The notes under the pieces: model-generated | What the model was told of the DNA's origin: nothing | Seen by the model: only the letters and a program-made list of their open reading frames with translations | Databases searched by the model: none | Source of the DNA: Owenia fusiformis | Taxonomy: Eukaryota | Assembly (NCBI GenBank): GCA_903813345.2 | Contig: CAIIXF020000001.1 | Coordinates: 9,734,001 to 9,798,000 of the forward strand | Direction of reading: 5' to 3' | DNA: 64,000 bases | Program-made: the position numbers and the translations under genes | In this document: positions 10,701 through 22,314 of the stretch, one piece after another | How positions within the stretch are numbered: the first letter of the stretch is position 1 | How the letters are laid out: every line of letters starts with the position of its first letter

Positions 10701-13700
10701 TGAATAGGGGCTAAAACAGATATTAAGGAATTCTTGAATGTTTTTGGGAATTATTTGTACATACATGTATTTTTCTATTTCCAATTATTTCAATCAAAGT
10801 TAAATACTGTTTAGATATAGGACAGAGTATTCATCAATATATTTAAACTGGATAATATTAGCTTTTGAAAAAACTGTTTACATTCAACAATATGTTTTGA
10901 AATTTCAGACTGTTGACAAAAAAAAGTTAGGAAAGGCTGAGGAGAAAATCAAACAAAAACAGGACAAGCGTGCTGCAGATGACAGCAAATTTAGAGCTAA
11001 ACCAGCAGAGAAAGGGTTTGAATTTAATTTACTCTGCATGTTGTGTTAAAGAAGGCATGTAAATGCCAGTTTTATTCATTGATTCAGTCTTCAACTCACA
11101 ATTTTTTTTTTATTGTATATCCCATAAGTATTATTGTTGCTCATTGGCTTATATTTGGTCATATGATATGAAAGTGAAAAATATCTGCCAGCAAAAAATG
11201 AAAAGGTACTGATGACCAGTTAAGTCATGTGACCATCTAAAGAATATTCATCCTGGAATATCAGGCAGTATTCAACTATATTGACATCACTAGATTGTGA
11301 TATCAATAGATTTAGAACAGAATGCCAAGGTAATGTGTAACGTTGAATTGCAGTATGGCGACTGCTAGTCAACAGGAGAGCAGGAAAGATGACTATGAAA
11401 ACAATGACCCAAGTGTTAAAGTCTCAGACATAAGAATAGACAACTTTGATGTCTCATTTGGTGAAAGGTAAGTGCAAAGTAAAATTGTTCCCTTTTTGAC
11501 TATTTTTGGAGAAAGCCCTGTAAAGTGTAAATTCCAGTATAAAATTATGCTTTATACAAAAAGAATGTTTTGATAATTGAGCAATCATCTCATAGATACT
11601 GTTTTTTTAAAAATAGACCAAGAGTTATGATTGGTGACATCATTAAAATGTTATGTTCTTTTTCAGGATATTACTCCAAAATGCTTCTATACTTTGTGCC
11701 TTTGGCAGGCGCTACGGGTTGGTGGGCAGGAATGGTGTGGGAAAAACCACTCTTCTTCACATGATCTCAAGGTTAGTACAAATAATGATTTCACCTTTTG
11801 GTATACAAAAATATTTCAAAATTTGAAAATGAATAAACATAATCAATATCAAAAAGATATTTTTGAAGATTAATCTTCCACTTGATTTTTGGCAAAAACG
11901 AAAGGCAGCTGATAATCTACAGACTACATAATGGTCAGACATCACAAAAACCTTTAGCAGAAGAACTTATTTCATTCAGTGCATACAGAAAAAATAGCGT
12001 TCCAAAACATACTACAGCAACTATCTAGTCTCAATGAATCAGTGATGACCTAGTTTGTTTGTGCTAAAGGAAATGGGCATCTCCAAGTCTCTTGATACAA
12101 GATAAGTTAACAATATTCATCATGTCTGTTTAGTGGCATATTAAAGATTCCGGCGTGTATAAGTATACTACATGTTGAGCAAGAGGTAGTTGGAGATGAC
12201 ACGCTAGCCATACAGAGTGTTCTAGAAGCTGATGAACACAGAGAAGCTCTCATCAAAGAAGAGAAAGAAATCAATGCAACTCTGAATGCAGCTGGCTCTA
12301 AAAGGTACATTTTGTGAAATGTCAAGTTTTGTTAAAGGCCCCATATAAAGTTTAAACCACTTTGGCTTATATTGTAGTCTTACCAAATGTTATCAAAGTG
12401 TGATATGTGAATTTTTTTTTTTAATTTCAAAATGTGGTTTTTGATAGACTTTTTGTTCCAAAATTTGTGAATTTATTTAAAACCAACTTTTAGAGGTCAC
12501 TCATATCTTCTAATTAGCCACAATTCATACCAATGCATAGCATTCATCCTCCCATGTTTTTTGCCGAAAAAATTAAGAAAATCGGCTCATAAATAAGCGA
12601 GAAATGAACTTATCAGTGCATGAAAATGGTTCTGAGAAAAATGCATTTCAAAATTTTAGTTCTCATAGAAACCAATGGTACAATGATATCTAAAACATAA
12701 TTTATTCTTCCTTTTAACCTGGTTAGACAACCAACATTAGTTTTTTATGAAAGTCTAACATATTTAGAAAAAATTGACATCGAAAAAAGAATTTCAATTT
12801 TTTTCAAAAAGTTTTTGGTACCTTAGTGACATCACTAATGTTTCAAAATATTTTTGATATGTTAAAACATTGAAGTGGCCCATTGAATATGGCATTTTAT
12901 TATTGAAATAGTGTGTCCTTTGTTCAATCTTTGCATTGGTGTTAAAAAGATAATCCTTTTTGAAATGCATTAAGAAATATTTGATGATTAAGAAATTTCA
13001 ACTTTTTTGGAAAAATGGCGGGAAATTTGAATGTTTGAGAAATGAAATGCTCACAACTTTTTTATCAAAAATCTTTTTTTGTTCAAAAATCTCTAAAACT
13101 ACTTTTTAAGTCCTGACAAATAGTAAATGAATGATAAAGAAATATTTTCAAACTTTAGACGGGGACTTTAAAGAGAGATAATCAATCAGTCTGAATGGTT
13201 CAATATTTTTCCTGAATAGATCAGATATAGCATGGGCTTTCAACTAGGATATAGATTTTAGAAATACATTGCCAAAAGCCCCCAAATAAACACGAAATTA
13301 ATGTTTTACCAACCAGGAGCTAAATATTCTTTTTTTAAATCAACACATTTTTGTTAACACATTAAAGATAAAGAATCCTAAGTTTGATGTTAGTGAAAAA
13401 GAAATTGGCTTGAAGAAGAGTCCCTAGAAAACATAGAGCCTGAAAGTGATGGTTTTGCATTTATGTTTGTTATTACAGGGCTCGATCAGATAGTAAACTG
13501 AGTGGCAGACTAGCAGAGATTTACCAAGAGATGGAAGATATTGAAGCTGACAAGGCCCCAGGAAGAGCTGCTGTTATACTCATTGGTTTAGGCTTCAGCG
13601 ACCAAGACCAGCAGAGAACAACAAAGTAAGCATTGGCTATATAATACAATATGTTGGCCCTAAGTGTTTATTTGTCTTGACTTGAAGAAATCAACTTTCT

Positions 13701-16700
13701 TGTTGACAAAATATCACATTTTTTCACAAAATACAAGTCTGTATGATTTATTAAGTTCCCAAACTGGATAATATGTTTAATTGATATTGATTTTGTTTAG
13801 GGTCTGTTTCAGTTTCCCGGGTTTTATAGTTTATTTTTTTCTAATCACTCTTTAGCTGGATTTCTTAATCTGTTATCCAATAGTTTGCAATGTAATTCAC
13901 TCAATGATTTCGTGATGAGGTAAGGTGATTCTTTTGATCATATTCAATCCTCCATTGTATAATATGGTTATATTTATCATTTGACCTACTTTTGCAACTT
14001 GACCTACTTTTTAAAAATAAGTAAAAGGAATCACCATGTTAGCCCTTTGAATCATGCTATTTCTACTCACTGATAATAGCTAAGAAATTAAAAGCAATGA
14101 AATGATTTTACAAGTAATAGATGGGTCTGCATCTGTCCCATTTCGAGCATTTTATAATAATCACTAAATAAGATCATGGCACAATCTCTTATTTGCATCT
14201 TAAAATTTCTTATTCTTCAGAGAATTTTCGGGAGGTTGGAGAATGAGATTGGCATTGGCCAGAGCTTTATTTAAAAAGTAAGTGAGCATTTATTCCATAC
14301 TTATAAACTTCAATCTCCATATGTTATCATTCTAACAATGGCTTTTATATTACTGTATCTGACTTTTACGATATATACTTCTATTGTTGTTCAGTATAAG
14401 TAATGTTAATAAAAAATGTCAAATTTCAGAACTTTAGAAGGCCAATTTTGAAATTGCTAGAAATTGAATTGATATCAGAATTGACCTTTCTTTGATCTTC
14501 TCGGACCAAAGAAGGAGTTAAAGGCTAGAATTATCTGCCTAAGTCATTAAAAAATGTCTCTGTAAGATTGTTTGCAATTTTAAATGTGTAGTTATAATAT
14601 GAATCCCCATCTTCTCTCTTCTAGACCAGATCTGCTTCTACTTGATGAACCCACTAACATGTTGGACATGAAGGCCATTATATGGCTTGAAAGTTACTTA
14701 CAGGTAAGAGCTTAAGGCCAGTTTTGACTTTCAGTTACCATATAATCGTCACATTATCGTGGAATCAAAATCCTTGTGATGTGTGTTCATTTATCATGTG
14801 TCTCTGATTTCAATGCTTTTAAGTAGTAGCGCTAATTCAAGAGAACTTTTTCTATGGGTGACATATTATAATGATCTTCCAACTTTTTGGTGGACAATGT
14901 TCAGTGGTTGGTATTTGACAGTTATGGTTTGGCATATGTAGCAAATGGCAGGTGGTGACATAATGCCTTGTTTACTCCATATAGTGACCAAGGGGATTGG
15001 AGATGCATAGTTAAAAACAATACTTTTGTCTTTTTTGAGATATTTTGTCATCTAAATATGAATAATTTCATTGTTTTCAGACATGGCCTACCACACTATT
15101 GTTAGTGTCTCACGACCAGCAGTTCCTCAACTCTGTTGTGACAGACATTTTCTACATGCACTCGCGGCAAATAGATCACTATAAAGGAGATTATAACATG
15201 TTTGTTCAGACTAGGAATGAGAAACTTAAAAATCAACAAAAAGAATATGAGTCACAAAAAATGTATAGAGATCATATACAGGTATGTATTTGACTGAAGA
15301 ATGTATGAATAGTACTATTGATTCAACCATAGCTGAATGCAGGGACTGTCAAACAATCAGATCAACATATTTACTATTCATTGTTAAGCAGCTATGAATG
15401 CTTTCTTGTGGCCAACTGCACTGCTCAAATCTGTGACATAATTGTGGTTGGATCCATATTATAACATCATTTCTAAGTCAGGCTGAACTCCAGTCAGTTC
15501 AGCATATAGTATATCTAACCTACACATTCATTGTATCTGGTTTTTATGTTGTGGGAAACACATAGTTGAATTGCAAATGTATGGTACTGTAAAATATGGT
15601 TCCATATGGAATCGTAGACTAAGACAGTATGGCACCACACTGGAATGGTACCATACTCTTACTGTACTGTATGGTACCATAATTTCAGAGTGTGAATTAA
15701 AAAATTTACTTTTTTCAAAAAATCTCTTTCTATACAAAAAGTGAACATCAGACTGTCATCAACCCAAATAAACCTCTTTGCTTTCAGACGTTTATTGATA
15801 GGTTTAGATACAATGCCAAAAGAGCCCCACTGGTACAAAGCAAACTGAAGTTACTTGCTAAATTGTAAGTTGAAACATTAATTATTCTTTCAATATTTTC
15901 AGGTATTCATAGATAGGTTTAGATACAATGCCAACCGAGCCTCAACAGTCCAAAGTAAAATCAAGCTATTAGCAAAATTGTAAGTCTTCATCCTATGCCA
16001 CATAGCATTTATACCATATTGTACCATATACTCGTACAGTACATGTTTACGCATGTCAGTTAAAATTTAGTGATTTTTATTTTTACTAATTACCAAAAAT
16101 TGTTAAAATGGACTTTGTGTAATTTTCATAATGTTACATCATTCGTAAAAATTAGATTTGTGATAACATTTGCATCTACTTTTTTGACAAGTATATCTGG
16201 TTGGTTTAATCCAGTTTTGTTATTTTCCAGACCGGAGCTGAAACCAGTTGAAAAAATCTCAGAAGTTGTGCTTAAGTAAGTATTTTTCTTGAATACAAAT
16301 CATTTCCACCAAATAAATATTTTTAAATACATGTTATCAAGATAATAAAAGTACATTCACACATAGGTAAGGTAAGGTGTGTCTGATTCCAGCCATTCCG
16401 AACAGAGTATTTTTCATATCAGTAGTGTGTGAAATAATCAATAACGCATTTGTTTTATGTCGTCGTCATGGTGAGGGAGCATGACTCACTGAGTTGCCAA
16501 TTTGACCCTTGCAAAAAGTTTCATCGAAAATATGTTTTTTTTGTAATTTTATATCTTTTAAGTTGCATGGAAGAACATATTTTGCAATGTATGAAAAGAA
16601 TTTAAGCCCAAGATTCAATACATTGTGGAATGACCATTCCTTTCAGGTGTTGTTTCCTAAAATTAACACTCAATGCGAAGCATCTCGTGCAAATTTTGGA

Positions 16701-19473
16701 AAGCAACACCTTCAAGAAATGGTCATTCCACATTGCACTGAGTCAAAGGCTTAAATCCTTAAACAAAACTTACATAAGAAAGCATTTTAAAATGATAGAA
16801 AAGTGGTCTCATATTTTGGAAGTCCTATTGCCTTTTGTGCCATTGTATAAGAATCCACTTAATGCGAACATCCACCAGTATGAGAAAATGTGAACACTTG
16901 TATGAGAAATTATGCTGATAAAAAAGCAATATTTGAAGAAATAACTTTCACACCAAGTATCTTCTCAAAACCACCATAGTTTTATCTGGATTCAGTTGGA
17001 ACATTGACTTTAGACATGTTAAGTAAAAAAACTAATCTGATAGAGTGAAGAAAGTGAAACTTGTAAAGTGGAACAGATCAAGAAGTGGACAACTGAATTA
17101 ATGTTCAATGAACATCTATAAGTGGAACCCCTCTCGAGTGGAACACTTTTTAGAGGTACCAAAGGCGCTCCTCTTATACAGATCTAACTGTAATTCTACT
17201 TAGGAGCAAACTCCTGTAAACTCTCCCTTTTTACAGATTCCCTGAAGTTGATAAACTAAATGGGACTGTCCTCCAATTGGATGAGGCCTCCTTCCACTAT
17301 GATCCTGCAAAACCCATATTTGAAAAGATGGATGTAGCTGCCTCCATGGATTCAAGAATATGTATTGTAAGTTCTCATGTATATATTTTTGTGAAATAGT
17401 GATATAAATAAATGGTATGTGAAACTAACACTAGATAAATGCTTTCCTTTGTCTGGGAATAATTTTCCAGAAAATCCTCCTCATAGTTCATCCAATTACA
17501 GTAGCACAATCAGATATATCACATCTAAGAATTTAAAAATTTTCTCCTATTTCTCATGAATTCTTACAATTGTGATTTATCAAAAATTAAAGTAATAGTA
17601 TGAGTTAACATCTCCAATGATATCTCATATGTGTGTATTGCTTTATTATGCCCTCTCAGTCAGTGGGTAAAATCTGGATTTTCCTGTGAGTCGGATGGTT
17701 TAAATGCATCTTCACCAGGGGTTGAGCTGATAGCCATAGTATTCTCCAATACCTGCTGAAATAATCGACTGACCAGTTTCAAAAGTAACCTGGCAATAAC
17801 CAGTGGCCCAGCCCTTACCTCAACCCTGATCTTTACACTTCCCATTGTATTGTATACATGCATAATTTCCAGGTGTAACCTGGCAATAACCAGTGGCCCA
17901 GCCCTTACCTCAACCCTGATCTTTACACTTCCCATTGTATTGTATACATGCATAATTTCCAGGTGGGAGAGAATGGTGCTGGTAAGACCACCTTACTGAA
18001 GCTCCTACTAGGTGCACTGGAGCCAACCAAAGGATTCTTGCATAGACATAGGAATATAAAGCTGGGATACTTCAGTCAGCATCACGTAGACCAGCTGGAC
18101 ATGAACTCAAATTCTGTTGAAGTAATACAGAAACAGTTGCCAGGTAACTAAACAATAACCGATTTATGCCTCATGGATGGTCTGAGTACACATTAAGAAC
18201 CACTACTGGCAAACCTGTCATATACTCTGACGATTGGGATATCAAAGGACTCACCTGAGCTGTATGTTAATGATAAGCAACTGCCATTTAGGAGCTACAT
18301 TGTTTCTTGTTCTGTCCTGGTAAATCGTTTGAAACTTAAAAAACTGGACTGTCAGTCATTTAGGACTGTTTGACATCAACAGATGCCAAATTTAAAAAAG
18401 AAATTATTTAAAATTGCAGATGACATGAATACATCGTTATTTTTTGTTTCACAAAATTATATGTAGATTTTCAAATAAAATTATTGGATATACTATTACA
18501 AATACCTACTGGTATACATAAAACTACTGACATACATGCATGTATTTTGTGCAATTCAGGTCATCATGTAGAGATTTATCGCGGTGCACTGGGAGCATTT
18601 GGTGTCTCTGGGGAACTAGCTTTGCGTCCAGTTATCAGTCTGTCTGGAGGACAGAAAAGTCGTGTTGCATTTGCAGTCATGTGTTTTGGAAGGTGAGCGG
18701 AGTTTATTCTTTGATTCATTGACATAACCAGCACTGAACACCAGCTGAGTTTTAATGAATTCGCAACACTCTAATTGTATGTACTTGAAGCTATGAGTGG
18801 ATTATGAGATTGAACTGAACTGATCGATGCTAGATCATTTATCTTGTATGGATACTGTATTGTAAAATGAAACTGGCATAATTTATTGATTATGTAATTT
18901 TAGTCCCAATTTCCTGATACTTGATGAACCTACCAATCACTTGGATATAGAAACAGTGGAGGCATTAGGGCATGCCCTCAACAAGTTCAAGGTCAGTGGA
19001 TGTCAGTGATGTCTAAAAATTGATACATGTACATTGTAGTACATACTTTCTTGATTTTGCCTTTGTGGCTCCAATGGGTATTCTCAGATCCAGCAAAACT
19101 AACTGGGACATGTAATCTAGACATGCTCATTCATAAAAATGATATTCCTCAATCCTATTATATGTGTTATTATATCACCACCACAAGTGGTGACATATTG
19201 CTATTATCTCCAACCTTTTTGTGGACAGTGTACGACATTCTGCTGTTGATGTTCAGTGGTTGACGTCTGTAACAGATGGCAGATTTTACATGTTAATAAG
19301 CCCATGTTTCTACTTTGCAGGGAGGCGTCATCCTAGTATCTCACGACGAGCGTCTGATCAGAATGATATGTACAGAACTTTGGGTTTGTGCTAATAAGAC
19401 AGTGACAGCCCTAGAAGGTGGCATAGATAAATACAAGGAACTTGTTGAAAGTGAGATCAAATTTGCAGAATAG
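7771..19473 (+). CDS. ABCF3: ATP-binding cassette sub-family F member 3 (GCN20-like), spliced
   Basis: GT-AG exons in consistent frame: 7771-7837, 9898-10039, 10453-10582, 10909-11015, 11354-11467, 11667-11771, 12134-12304, 13479-13625, 14221-14277, 14625-14703, 15081-15281, [15788-15864 or 15903-15979], 16231-16275, 17237-17366, 17963-18143, 18560-18692, 18904-18991, 19321-19473. N-terminus [17 protein letters not shown]1 [28 protein letters not shown]2 [33 protein letters not shown]; no TM domains. Confidence 0.95.
8266..9090. mobile_element. MITE with ~126-bp perfect TIRs and TA TSD in ABCF3 intron 1
   Basis: 8266-8391 is the reverse complement of 8965-9090; TA on both flanks. Confidence 0.9.
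10157..10288. mobile_element. Short TTAA-flanked (Kolobok-like) element
   Basis: TTAA|AGGCCCCATATAAAGTTT...CAGGGCCT|TTAA; same left end as the 12336 element. Confidence 0.6.
12336..13167. mobile_element. TTAA-flanked (Kolobok-like) non-autonomous element
   Basis: TTAA|AGGCCCCATATAAAGTTT...AAACTTTAGACGGGGACT|TTAA, imperfect TIRs. A related copy lies near 43266-43594. Confidence 0.65.
15788..15864 (+). CDS. ABCF3: ABCF3 alternative exon 12a ([26 protein letters not shown])
   Basis: 77 nt, TTTCAG acceptor, GTAAGT donor, open frame, paralogous to exon 12b. Confidence 0.8.
15903..15979 (+). CDS. ABCF3: ABCF3 alternative exon 12b ([26 protein letters not shown])
   Basis: 77 nt, TTTTCAG acceptor, GTAAGT donor; closer to the RYNANRAS sequence I recall for vertebrate ABCF3. 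Confidence 0.88.
17785..17965 (+). repeat. Perfect 90-bp tandem duplication including the ABCF3 exon 15 acceptor
   Basis: GTAACCTGGC...CATAATTTCCAGGT occurs twice; AG at 17871-17872 and 17961-17962. Confidence 0.95.
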
Positions 19474-22314
19474 GATGAAATCCACTGGAAGTGATTTGAT
19501 AAGGCAGAAAATTAAGAAAATAAACCAAATCTTGGTGTCAATGTGTCTAATGGTTGGTAATTCTCTTTGGACTTTCCAACTCTTGCATCAAACTCAGATA
19601 TCTACAAATATTGTACTTTCCCACCAGCATAAATTCATTTAAGAGAGAATGAGTGTCCGGGGCTTGATTCTTGACTTTGTGATCGATATCCATCAATAAT
19701 TACTCCAAATATTGTGTTTTGTCTTGTTCTGCTGGGCAGACAGAAGTGTTCATGGGGGGTAATTTTAGAAAGCATTCACAGCGAGCAGCGAGTTCCAAGT
19801 GCAATTTTGTTTTATATTATGTTTGATTATATCAAGTTGGTCGTAAATATAAAGATCATGATTCGGTTCTGAGTACCCTATATGCATTTCTGAAAATAAA
19901 TAAATTTTGCTGAATTTGGATTGAACAGTTTATTGATTACAGTACTTAATTGAGATGAAAATAAGCTGTAAACATGCACAGAGAAAAAATGTACATTGTA
20001 TATTATTAAGCAATAATCTCCAAATGCATGGCTCAGAGAACCACAAGAAACCAGTGGAGGAGTGTAGCTCTGCCTTTGGAGAATTATATAAAAAAAATAT
20101 CTCATTGTCTAAAAGTGTATTTATTTATGACTGTGTCATACCAGAACTGTAGGAGTAAAGAAATAAATCATTTTAAACTAAAACATGCTAAATCAGTTAT
20201 GTTGGACATGTGTAGTTTTATTTTGGTTGCAGATTCAAGAGCATGAAAAGTGAAAAGTATTACGATTGTTTTGTTTGTTTGGCCCTAGTTCATATATGTT
20301 TTCAACATTTTTATCACACTTTAAATGAATAGGTGACCATCATGTTATACAATCTAAGGATTGTTAAAATATAGAATTTCGTTATTGGCTCATGCTTTTA
20401 TGCAACATTGATCTGAAGACCTTGAGACACAACAGAAAAACAGAGACCTCAAAGATCCATTTACGGGATGCCTTAAATAACTTTATGATCACTAGTTCAT
20501 TCATATTAAAATGACCAGGACATAATTATGCTTCATAATCAAACAAAAATGTTGGTGTCACGGATAAATTGTATAGATAGTGTACCTTGAACACCATTTT
20601 TTATGAATGCTGGGGACTCAGTATTTAAAGGATAATTTCAAAATATATAGGTCTGGGAAAGGTTTAAGGCACACTGCGTCGCTATAGAATGAATTGCGCT
20701 ACTATTTTCACAATTGTATTGATATTTGGTGTCAAATTCACATATCTTGGTATATTTGAAGTCCCAAAACGGATTAATTTCAGAAATATCCCAAATTTAA
20801 ATTCAAAAATGACCGTTAGCTCTGCACCCTCCGCTCATTTGCTCCGCACCCAATATTTCCCACAGGCTCTGTCTGCATAGGGTGAAAACTGAATGACAGG
20901 ATTTTTAATTTTTGCACACTGGAAAGTTAAATAATTTAAGTTAATTTAAAGAAAATAACAAAATCGCCACCTGCCATTTGTAACACATGTCAAACACCAA
21001 CTGCCTTCCACAAATAAAAAATATTGGAGACTATAACAATATGTCACCACTTGTCAACTTGTGGTGGTGACATAAAAATCATAGGTCACCAACTTTATTT
21101 TTTATTACAGCTCTTCAAAATCGTTGTGCTAATTATCCCAACTAACAGAAGTTTGGTAGCCATATAATGAAGCCCTTGATCAGTAAAACAATCAAAAGTA
21201 CTCAAATACTAGTAAATGGATTTTCTTCATATGTGGTGGAACGTGTGAGTATGATTTGGGTATACAAACAAAGAATCAGTTCCATAGGGAGTGACAAAAT
21301 TACAAGAAACATGTACAGTTGGCATACCAATATGTCTTTCAATCTCCAATACTTCTACAATATCTCTCAAAAGATCCATGATTTGTTATAAATTGGTGAA
21401 ATCATTAAAGATTCCGAGTGCCAAAATGGGGAAAATTTTTTAAATTCTCCCTAATAACAAAAATGGTGACTATGTTTATAGGAAAATGAAGGTTTCATTG
21501 TAAAAATCTTTAGTTTTCCTCAAATACAGTATACACTTGGGTATTTTTAGAAAATAGATAGGAGCCCAAAATATTCTAAAATTAGACAATTTTTGCCAAG
21601 AGTTGTCAGGATCTTGCTAGATCTGATTCTTCCTTCAAGGACTAGGCTACCTTATAACTGAGGAGTCTAAATTTAAATGCAACACAATATTGATTTAACA
21701 TCAAGGGAATGGTTAAAGGAGTCTACCGAGTCTATGAAAATACTGGCATCTTCCACACATAAAACTAAATAAAACATATTCCAATTTTTTAAATAATTTA
21801 TTTGTACAAAGAACTACAAGTTAACTAATGAATTACTTGTTAACATGTAAAATGCATGCCAAATACCATCTTCGTGAATTAATCTATTTTTTAAATTGAG
21901 GGATGGCCTGTTTATAAAGACATGAAACAATATAAGTACAAAGGATGAACACATTCTTTGTGCTGATATACACCAGAAGTTTAAGGAGTGACTCAACGCA
22001 TTGCTACTTGTAATGATCACACTCAAGGAGGATTGGCTCCCAAGGTTCCCATTCCATATTTGACCTTCATAATTAGTGATCAAAAAGAGTTGAACTAATA
22101 TCTTGATCATTTTTTATGGCTTTTGTGTGTTTTTGAAATAAGACCCAAATCTTACAATTCAAATTCCAAAATGAAAAATGGAGGCTGTTTGATTTTGAAT
22201 TGCCATGACTACATGACCATATATGGCAGAATATCAAGTTGGAATTGAAACCCTGGGAGCTTATCCTCTTTGAATCTCACTGCTATATCCAAATGGTAGT
22301 TGCTTAGCAACCTG

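Noticed and set aside
17660-17953. 97-aa minus-strand ORF with internal repeat
   Set aside because: Product of the 90-bp intronic duplication, antisense to ABCF3.
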